A stretch of DNA of 64,000 nucleotides from Hyphochytrium catenoides (taxonomy: Eukaryota; Protista; Hyphochytriomycota), in contig FLMG01001356.1 in assembly GCA_900088475.1 (NCBI GenBank), positions 34,188 to 98,187 on the forward strand, given 5' to 3'. The position numbers were made by a program, and so were the translations under genes. Below, in pieces: positions 26,290-35,103 of this stretch. Under the pieces are notes generated by a model. That model did no database searches. It worked only from the letters and a program-made list of their open reading frames with translations, and had not been told where the DNA came from. Position 1 is the stretch's first letter; every line of letters starts with the position of its first letter.

Positions 26290-26740
26290 CTCTCTGTCTC
26301 TCTCTCTCTCTCTGTCTCTGTCTCTCTCTCTCTCTCTGTCTCTGTCTCTCTCGCTCTCTTATTCTGTAGCTGTTTCTCTCTCTGTCTCTTTTTCCTGCTC
26401 CTTTACCCTTCGTGTGTCTCTCACCCCGCCTCTCTCTCTCTCTCTGTCTCTCTCATATTTTCAAGCTGTTTATCTCTGTCTCTCTCTCCCTCTCTTTTAC
26501 CCTCGGTGTGTATCTCACTCTCTCTCTCTTCTCTCTCGCACACCCTCAACCCAAAACACTACAGTATGGCTTTTCTCCGTCATTCTCTCCCGCTGCGTTT
26601 ATCTCTCCCTCTCTCTGTCTCTAACACCCTCACCCCTTTCTCTGCTGATACCCCGTAACCCCCAACAATGTGTACAAAGTCACTTGAGTTCGAACATTGG
26701 TCTAACAACGACTACAGGCCAAACTGCGCTACTGTAGAAC
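26290..26740 (-). mobile_element. SINE-like element, copy A (Pol III A/B-box-like head, (AG)n-rich tail)
   Basis: Minus strand TAGCGCAGTTTGG (26731-26719) then GTTCGAACTC (26695-26686). The 134-nt core 26585-26718 matches 31634-31767 with 6 mismatches. Confidence 0.55.
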
Positions 26741-27029
26741 TACATGTAGGCGAGTCTTGAGGCTAAAGATATGCCCAGTAGCGGGGGGACGGAGTGATTG
26801 AAGTGCTGAATCATGATGATGCCTTTATATTTACTGACGCTATGCAGCAATGGATTCAGCAGAAGCATTGAAAACGAAAAACGTGTAAGCCGCACTGATT
26901 GAAATAGGATGTCGGACCGCACTTATCGCGCTCTGGCAAGCTGTCTCTCTGGCGAGCGTCTCTCTCTCTCTCTCTCNNNNNNNNNNNNNNNNNNNNNNNN
27001 NNNNNNNNNNNNNNTCTCTTCTCTCTCTC

Positions 27030-27907
27030 TCTTTCTTTGCCGCTTCTTCTTCTTGGGCACGTTTAGTAGTCAAGCAGAACATCTATGCTCGGCTTTCCAC
27101 CAGCAGGGCCTTTCATGAAGAGAATGCTTTGCAAATTCTTGCTAGATCTTCTGTGGCTGAACGGACGCGATTGGGCTATTTACCGTCGTCAATCACTGGT
27201 GCTGTTGTTGTTGATGACGCCGCTCCGCCTCCCGTCCCTTCTTCTTTTTCTCATCCCCCTCCTCCTCTTCATTCTTCTTCTTCTCTTCTTCCTTTTGTTG
27301 ATGTTGACGGTAGTGTCACTGGAAGGAGTTCTCCTTATCATCTTTCGATCGCCTTAGTGTGATCGGGTGATGATTGATTGTAACTCCTCTCTTTATTTAT
27401 ATAAAAGAGCCTCGCCCAAGGAGTCCTTTGGTGGGGCTCAGCCCCGGTTGCGACCTTTGTCAACACAAATTGTGCTGCTCAGGCTAACCGTACTGTCGCT
27501 GTTGAGCGCGATGTCCACTTCTTTCGACACCTCCTCATCAGGCAAGTCTCGTTGGCCCTACATGAGGAAGCCGCTCGAATGGTTCTATTAAGGTTGGCTC
27601 CTTCTGCGCCCTTTCTTGCTGCTTTTCACTCTTCTTCTGCACCCTCTTCTTCTGCACCCTCTTCTTCTTTGTCTTCTCCTTCGTCTCTTCTGTTTTCTCA
27701 CCATGTTACCACTGCCTCTGCTGCTATAAATTCTCCACCTACCTGCTGTCGCTCCTCCACCAGAGGAGAATCAAGGATTCTCTCTCGCGCGTATTATTGG
27801 TGAGGACGAAGAATCCGCCGCTTCTTCTCCTCCGTCGGTATTCCCGCCGCCACACCCGCCGCCTCTATCTGAGGATCTTCCCCGGCCTCCCTTAGTGGCC
27901 GGGTGAG
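27030..27907 (+). mobile_element. Degenerate 3' fragments of an RLE-type (CRE/NeSL-like) non-LTR retrotransposon
   Basis: ESFGG (27421-27435), then after a frameshift FFRHLLIRQVSLALHEEAARMVLLR; a second copy AFHEENALQILAR at 27108. Resembles the C-terminal E[ST]FGG...R.SVALQR.NA..IL.R tail of RLE elements. Confidence 0.5.
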
Positions 27908-28189
27908 CTCCCTCATGCTTCTTCCCTTTTTTCTCCTCCCTGTCTTCTGCCCTACTACTTGTCTCTCTTGTTTCTCTTCGTTTGAGTAGTGCATAATATT
28001 TCATATCTCTCTTCCTCTTTAAACAGTAGTCTACTAGTCACTCCTTAATTTTCAACACCGTCGAGCTCTTTTTTTTAGGAACTTATTGCTACTACTATCG
28101 CTACTAACAGACTAATTCTAGAAGAAGAAGAAAGAGAAGAAGAAGAATAAGAGAAGAAAAGCTAAGAAGCCTTAGGCTCTTCCATCATC

Positions 28190-30001
28190 TCAGCTCGAAC
28201 CTGCTCCCTGCTGATTTTTATAAGAATAAAGAACGGAAAANNNNNNNNNNNNNNNNNNNNNNNNNNNNNNNNNNNNNNNNNNNNNNNNNNNNNNNNNNNN
28301 NNCCACGGAGGAGTGAGATATTCCATGATCCGCGGATACTGTCATCTGCAGAAGATAACATGCAGTACCATTCCAATAGATTGAATCAATCGCACCAAAT
28401 GTTCCGGAGAGAGGCCGACAATAAAGCATTGTATCTGTGCCAAAGTCTGGAATATCTGAGAGCTTTTTGAACCGAACGAGGTCAGGATGTCCACGCACCT
28501 CAAGTGTAAACTCATTGCTGGATACCGAATTCAGATGCTGTCCAACTAGGGATCTTGGTTCACTGGATACCATAAGAAACCACCGATGACAGAGCAACTC
28601 GTAGATGATATCGCACACAGCACTCGTATCACGATCGGCGGCCTTCGTTATGGCAAATTCTGAAACTTTGTCATAGCATTCATTTACAAGTCGATCCGTA
28701 ACACGCTGCGCAATGTGTGCAGATGCGAAATTCAAGATGAATCTTCCATACGGACCAGCTTCACTTTGCATGTCAGGAACCATGTGGAGGATATAGTGAC
28801 TATAACTTTCCTCTGACATTGGTTTTCTGTTATTGACATAGTTGAGAATATGCAAAGAATTTGCCCTTTGGATTGCTTCCAACACCTTTTGCTTGTACGG
28901 GACGCGCTCCTTTTCAAAGCAGAACCGCGGTATTCCTCCAAAGAACTGGAACGCTTCCACAAGTTTATCAGAATCCACAGGTGATGTATCCTTAGCGTTG
29001 GCGATCTGGAGTTCGTCTAGGGTCCATGGCGGCATGAAGTACTCTCGGGGGCTAACCTTAAAGTATTGATTGTAACCCTTGACACCAGGTGATGCAAATA
29101 ATATCGAAAGGCCATTCCAGCCTGTAAGGTGACTGGATTGTGCATCAATCAAGCGTAGAACATTACTACGTGACTGATAGTCTGGTACTTCTTCTGCTGG
29201 GAGTACACTAAAGTAGTCACCACCGCCTTCTCCTTGTCGACGTTGATGGACGTGGTAGACGTTAGCATGATTGATCACAAGAACGCGATCCTCCACAGGG
29301 TTCTCCGTAACGATGCGATGGATGCAATACAAGTAGAACCTGCTCTTGCCAATACCAGGATTTCCAGTGACCGTGAGGTTCATATTGCTGTAAGACTTAA
29401 TGTTTGCAATGAGCCGATCAAAGATTTCCTCATAGCAAGAGCGAACAAATATCGTCTTGTGGAGGATGTCCGGATGCATTAGAGGAGGGAAATCCACCAT
29501 CCTGATAAACTTGAATGTCACTTCCAACTCCTCCTCGCGACCACCATCTTCATCATCGTCAATCTTGACCTTTTTCGTCATGAGATCATAATCCCGACGA
29601 AACCAATCATCGAACTTTCGCTTCTTTAGGCTCCTACTAGGAATCTCGTTAATTGCATAGAGCCTTTTGCGAACAGTGGCCGCAGATGATAATACGGCGG
29701 AGCGACTTATTGAAAGTTGCACCAGAATTTGTTGTTTCAAATGGATTAGACCATCAATTCTCGCAATGGTGTCGGGAGGTGCGGAAGAAGGAAGGGATCT
29801 TCGCTCATTCTGCAAACTATCCAGCTCTGCTTCCAGCTTTTCCTTCTCCGCTTCCAGCTCTTCATCCTCCGCTTCCAGCTTTTCCACCTCCGCTTCCAGC
29901 TTCTTTTCTTCTGCTTTCAGCTTTACCTTCTTTGCTTCCAGCTTGTTTTCTCCCTCCGTAAGAAGAGGTTCATCGGTCTGTTTGCTGCGCTTGGTTGCCA
30001 T
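28190..30001 (-). CDS. Crinkler/RHS-type (CR) effector-like protein: coiled-coil header + P-loop NTPase + PD-(D/E)xK-type nuclease; intronless; C-terminus interrupted by an assembly gap
   Basis: IFVRSCYEEI, LTVTGNPGIGKSRFYLYC (Walker A), ILFASP, YFMPPWTLDEL, FFGGIPRFCF, SHYILH, FASAHI, IYELLCH, YCRPLSGTFGAIDS...LLQMTVSADHGI. Confidence 0.85.
   Translation of the reverse strand: MATKRSKQTDEPLLTEGENKLEAKKVKLKAEEKKLEAEVEKLEAEDEELEAEKEKLEAELDSLQNERRSLPSSAPPDTIARIDGLIHLKQQILVQLSISRSAVLSSAATVRKRLYAINEIPSRSLKKRKFDDWFRRDYDLMTKKVKIDDDEDGGREEELEVTFKFIRMVDFPPLMHPDILHKTIFVRSCYEEIFDRLIANIKSYSNMNLTVTGNPGIGKSRFYLYCIHRIVTENPVEDRVLVINHANVYHVHQRRQGEGGGDYFSVLPAEEVPDYQSRSNVLRLIDAQSSHLTGWNGLSILFASPGVKGYNQYFKVSPREYFMPPWTLDELQIANAKDTSPVDSDKLVEAFQFFGGIPRFCFEKERVPYKQKVLEAIQRANSLHILNYVNNRKPMSEESYSHYILHMVPDMQSEAGPYGRFILNFASAHIAQRVTDRLVNECYDKVSEFAITKAADRDTSAVCDIIYELLCHRWFLMVSSEPRSLVGQHLNSVSSNEFTLEVRGHPDLVRFKKLSDIPDFGTDTMLYCRPLSGTFGAIDSIYWNGTACYLLQMTVSADHGISHSSVXXXXXXXXXXXXXXXXXXXXXFSVLYSYKNQQGAGSS
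29819..29945 (-). repeat. 21-bp coding tandem repeat (heptad LEAExEK) in the CR protein header
   Basis: Repeated CTCCGCTTCCAGCT-like units, giving LEAKKVK/LKAEEKK/LEAEVEK/LEAEDEE/LEAEKEK/LEAE. Confidence 0.85.
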
Positions 30002-30698
30002 CTTTCTTCGTCAAAAGGAACAATCGAGACGACTTCTTCTGGTAAAAACGATTTTGGCACCACCATAGAAAGTGCCTTTGCCGCGCTGCCACCTCTTGGC
30101 TAGGGAATTCGGCCTGTGTGACAAATCTTGGAAAAGAAAGGGGGGAAGAAAACAGGAAGAAACCAACCTCAAGCCTATCGTTCAAACAGGATGATGAAAG
30201 CTAACTTAATGGAAGTTTTGCTGTTTCGCTTAATATTTCAAAGGGGTAGGATCTTCAAAGGGAAGAGTTAGAGTTTCCTAGAGTAAAGGCCCTGATGAGA
30301 TGCTTGACCACAAGTGCTGAGCTCCTTTCACTCCTATACCATCTTTAATTCCTTTAGGGTGACGGCTCCTCTCAGAAACATAATTAAAACCGTGGTCTAA
30401 ACCCTTAGAGCTCCTGGGGTAGTCCTAATATTTTAGGTAAAACCAGTCTTTGGACAGCTTAAGGTCATGATAAACACCTCTCCAAACAACACAATAAAAT
30501 AAAAAGGAGGTCAGAAAGGAGACATTTTGCACTCAGTTTGGCGCAAAAGTTGCGCTGATGAAGAAGATTCCTCACGAAGCTCCTTGTGTCGTCCTCTGTT
30601 CAGAGGTTTCTTCGTACGTGCTTGCCATAATCATGGAAGCCAGCAGCACCCAAGCCCTTGTCGGTTATTAGAGCATCTGCTCATTATCACCAGCAGGC

Positions 30699-31477
30699 AT
30701 GGATCCAAAAGGGAGGAAGCCTAACAGCAGAGGATTGCGTGGACAGCTCTCGAAAGCAGAGAAGCAACAGAAGCTTTTAGATGGCCTGGCGCAGTCTTTG
30801 AATAAGTTCTTTCAGCTGTTCCGAGTCCGACCCAGATTGGTTCTTAATTCACATCAGTGTGCAGGGTTTCGATCCTTCTTGGAGGATGACATAGGTGTAA
30901 CCGCAAACCAGCTAGATCGGCTGCTTGTGACACAACTAGTGCTGCGACAAATGCCAAGAAGAGGAGGAAGTCAAAGGAGATAATAGCATCGCCGGCAGCA
31001 GTTATCCAGCGAGGCAGAGAAGAAGAGAAGACGGCTGCTGCATCTCAGGTCCTAATAAGAGTAGTGACGAGAATGACGAAGATTCGATGCCAATCTCTTT
31101 GATGTTGACCAAGAAGAGCAAAAGGAAGAGGGCAGCAGAAAATGGAGAATCTGAGCCTGCCGAAACTAATACAAAGAAGAAGATCACACGAAAGGCTTCA
31201 ATTCCCAGAAGGCGCAGACTCACTGCACGAGAGGTGGGAGCAAAGCCTTGAATACTCCTATCAGATATTGCTCTCTTCCAACTACTAACAAAGATCAAAC
31301 TCGCAGCAATTCAGACAGCTCCTGTATTAGAACGCAGTTACCCCACGAGCTGTGGAGGACTTTATGGAACAGAAGGACGGCGTGTCGACTTTAGAGGGAA
31401 AGGAGTTACTGCTATATGTGGTAAAGCTCATTGTGGAGCCTGTGACAGCGGAGGCAAAGTCTAGGAGGGTCACATTC
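30699..31477 (+). pseudogene. Hypothetical or disrupted gene divergent from the CR gene
   Basis: ATG ORF 30699-30983 continues in other frames through a K/E-rich, NLS-like stretch. A GT..TACTAAC..AAG intron is likely at about 31234-31293. The sequence runs into a gap and a (CT)n tract. Confidence 0.3.
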
Positions 31478-31494
31478 NNNNNNNNNNNNNNNNN

Positions 31495-31543
<49 letters not shown>

Positions 31544-31780
31544 ACTGTCCTGCTCTTTTCCCCTCGGTGTGTATCTCACTTCGTCTCTCTATCTCTCACT
31601 CTCTACCAAATACTATCTTTTTTCTCCATCACTCTCTCCCGCTGCGTTTATCTCTCCCTCTCTCTGTCTCTAACAACCTCACCCCTTTCTGTACTGATAT
31701 CCCGTAACCCCCAACAATGTGTACAAAGTTACTGGAGTTCGAACATTGGTCTAACAACGACTACAGGTTAAGCTGCGTTA
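31495..31780 (-). mobile_element. SINE-like element, copy B
   Basis: Direct repeat of copy A at offset 5049. GTTCGAACTC at 31744-31735; A-box degenerate (TAACGCAGCTTAA). Confidence 0.55.
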
Positions 31781-32503
31781 TTACTCTACTTATGTATGGT
31801 GATGAGAATCTATCTATTTATTTGTAATCTACGGGTAAATTATGCTGCATATCTTGGAGGAGCGCTCCGTTATTTATAACAACGGTCGAAACGAACAGTG
31901 ATGTGTATTGCTGTACTACGGCGTACGAAACCCTGTACTGTATTGTATCTGTACAGTAGTACCTCATGCAGAAGGCCGCGGGTTGTATGCGTGATAGCGA
32001 GCCAAATGACAGCTTACATTAGGAATCACCTCGGATCCTATAGTTTTGCTGGATGCTTGTCGCTTCTCAGTGCATTTTGTGCTGCTCTGTAGTCGGGCAG
32101 TGAAGGCACAGCATTGCTGCCGATAGATCCTCATGTTGAGACGATCATTTGAAGGAGTGAAGCTTGTCTGAGCTGCCACATCTTAGCTTAGGGTTCGGGT
32201 CTAGCATACAGCGCAAGAACCTTTAGCGGGGAGCCAAACTGAAGGAGAGACCAAGGAGTCAAGGCTCTCAAGCATTGTTGTTGATAGTGCAGGCCCAAAT
32301 AGGGGGGTGTTGGAGAGAGAGAAGTCAGACTTCTGTTGTCCATTTCCATCCTCTTTCGCTCTGTGGGAGAGAGTTCTCGGCCCAGCAGAGCTGTTTACTT
32401 TCGGTGAAGAGAGCAGCACTAGGGAGGCAGTACCGGAGAAGAGAGACAAGACACAAGCTTGGCGGTATAGGTGTTGTCGTTACTCCTTCTTTCCCTCGGT
32501 AAA

Positions 32504-35023
32504 ATGATGAACGCAGGGACACTCTTCAGGGTAAGTGGCAGTACTTGTTGGAGAGAACCCTGCATATCATTGTCTAATCATTACTGCCTCGTAGGGTACT
32601 TCCCTGAGCCAAGATAGTCGCTTCTCTGATGTAGAGCCCAAACTTCTGAAGAAGATGCAATTCCCGAAGGAGTTCTCAAAGAAGGTGAAGATTCTTCTGG
32701 TGGACACCTTCATGCGCTTTACCACTTCTTATGACCCTATAGTCCCTGTCTTTAATGTGCTCTTTCCACGATAATGTTGACTTGCAAGCGCTATTGTTCT
32801 CTTCGGTAGCCTGAAAATGTAAGGTTTCGGTTTCTTCCCTCTTTCTCCGATGTATGTAGGTGGACATGAAGAAGGTGGAGCGTGAGGTGATAAATAAATG
32901 GATTACGGAAAGAATCACCGAGATTCTTGGCTTCGAAGATGACGTGGTCATTTCTCTAGCAATCAACTACTTGGATGACGAGAAGGTTGATCCTCGCCTC
33001 ATGCAATTACGGCTTATGGGTAAGATAAACCTCTTTGTTTGGCCACCGTGACCTTGAGAGAGAGAGGGAACGAGGGTTCTGTGGTAGGCGATTGGGTCTC
33101 TAAGAGTCGCTTTCGAAGGAGGGCTAGGTGACATGGGGCAAAAGATAGATTCTACAGACATTTAGATGACAGCAGTGAGAGACGTGAACTCTTAGAAAAC
33201 GAAAGAGCTTAGTCCACCATGGATTACATGGGAATAGGGTTTGCTGAAAGAGTCAACTGTAGAGCGACCCTGAAGGCCAGGAAGTGAGATAGCAGGCGTA
33301 TTCTGCGGGACCGTCACTGAGAGGGAGCTTTTTAGGCTTCTTAAACAAGCAGAGCGCTGCTTATACCAAAGAGCTGTGGAATCTGCTTCTCAGTGCCCAA
33401 AGCAACCCGACCGGTATCCCCCAAGAGTTACTGGACAAGAAGAAGATTGAGCTCCGGATGGCCCAGGTCCGTTCAGAGATCCTCTTTAAGCTCATTGCGT
33501 GTGAGCTTCTTCTGGTCTAGTCAACCTCTCGCTTTCATTTCTTCGCTGGCGTGGAAGGTTTGTGGGTCACTGCACGACACGACATTCACCAAACATCCCT
33601 TAGGAGAAGCAAGAGAAGAAGGCGTCGGAGGTCAGGAGACGCTTTCAAGACTCTGCTGAAGGAATGCCTCCTGCAAGGTACCCTTGGATGATGACAAAGA
33701 GGAGAGAGAGAGGCCAAGCTACCAGGCAAACGGCTAGCAATCGGCTCCCTTAGCGCGGAAAACATCGCTGCTGCAGAAGGGCGAAGGTCCAAGACGGGAA
33801 GAGGCGTACAGCGCTGAGGGACTTAGTTAGAGAGTTGTTGAAAGTAGCAGCTGGGAAACGACAGGCATTGCGCCCTCTATAACGACTCTTCTCCTCCTCT
33901 TAGGCCGAAAACTGGCTCTATAGACAAAGATAGTCTGAAGGGCGAGGCAGGTAAAGAAGCAGACAGGGACAAGGAAGAGAGCAAAGGTGGAGCGCGGAGT
34001 TATTTCTTGTACCATCCGGTATTGAATCTGACAGTTTTGGTTCTTAGGTAACAAGTCACCCAAGCGAAGTAGCAGAGACAGACAAAACAGAGATAGAGAA
34101 AGAAGAAGAAGCAGAAGAAGCCTCAGTCGCGATAGATTTAGAGGAAGAGGAAGTGATCGTCGTCGGTCCTCCCGGTCGCCTAGCCCCCAACGAAGAAAGT
34201 ATTATGGTGAGCGCAGCCGTCACCGGGGCAGAAGTAGAAGCGGAGAAAGGAGGAGGAGGGACAGGAGCAGAGACAGAAGTCGCCGAAGTGAGAGCACGGG
34301 TCGGAGACGCGGGGAAAGCCGTGGTAGATCTTCAGATAGGGAGGACAGGCATCACAAGAGCCATCGCTCTAGTCATGGGGAGAAGTCAAGATCAAAGCGG
34401 TAAGCGTCTTTCAGTACCGTATCTGGAGCAAACACTTTCTTACTGTCGGTTGCCTCATGTTCACTGGGGACTGTTTATGCGAGAGTTTGATTCTTCCACT
34501 GGCGCATTACCATGCGGTATGCAGCTTCGACCTGGGTTGGAAGATTGACTCCCCGACTCTTGCCCTACCTCTTTGCTGTCCGTTCTTTCTTAGAGAAAGA
34601 AGTAGAGATCGTTATCGCAGGCGTGACCGCTCTGCAGACGGGGAAAGGCGGTCAGAAAAGCGGCCACGGCGCAGTCCGTCTCCAAAGCGTGGAGACCAAG
34701 AGGGTAAAAAGGACAGGGACGAGCAAAAGAAGCGTGACAAGGAAGAAGATAGAGCAAATCCTCTGGAAGGGGAACGAAGATCAGGAAGAGCAGACAAAAG
34801 CGACAAGAAGGCTGAAGGCTATCGGTCTGACGAGGGAAGAAAGGAGGACAAAAGAGATGGGAAAGAGTCAGGAAGTCCTAAAAGAACTTTGGAGCAGCCA
34901 AAGAAGGAAGCAAAATCTAAACCATCCAAGTGGGACGACTCCGACAGCGAAGAAGAAGAAGGTTCCGGACGCACAGGAGGAAAGGATAAGGACGGAAAGT
35001 CTACAAAAGTCGCAAGATCTTGA
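32504..35023 (+). CDS. SRRM1: PWI-domain serine/arginine repetitive matrix protein 1 (SRm160) (multi-exon)
   Basis: FR/GTSLSQDSRFSD...MQFPKEFSKK/VDMKKV...KWITERITEILGFEDDVVI...ELWNLLLSAQ, followed by an RS-rich tail. Confidence 0.92.
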
Positions 35024-35103
35024 GAAGGATAGCAAGTTCTTTAACGCTTAATGTTTATTTACATGCCCGCCTTCTTAGTCAATACATGGACACCTATCAG
35101 CTG

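Noticed and set aside
26686-26740. Intact tRNA gene
   Set aside because: A- and B-box-like motifs are present but I could not build a cloverleaf and the spacing is too short.
26585-31767. LTR retrotransposon interpretation of the direct repeats
   Set aside because: No TG...CA termini, primer-binding site, gag or pol seen between them; the repeats grade into microsatellite.
32186-32200. Telomere-like TTAGGGTTCGGG
   Set aside because: Only one or two units, with no array.
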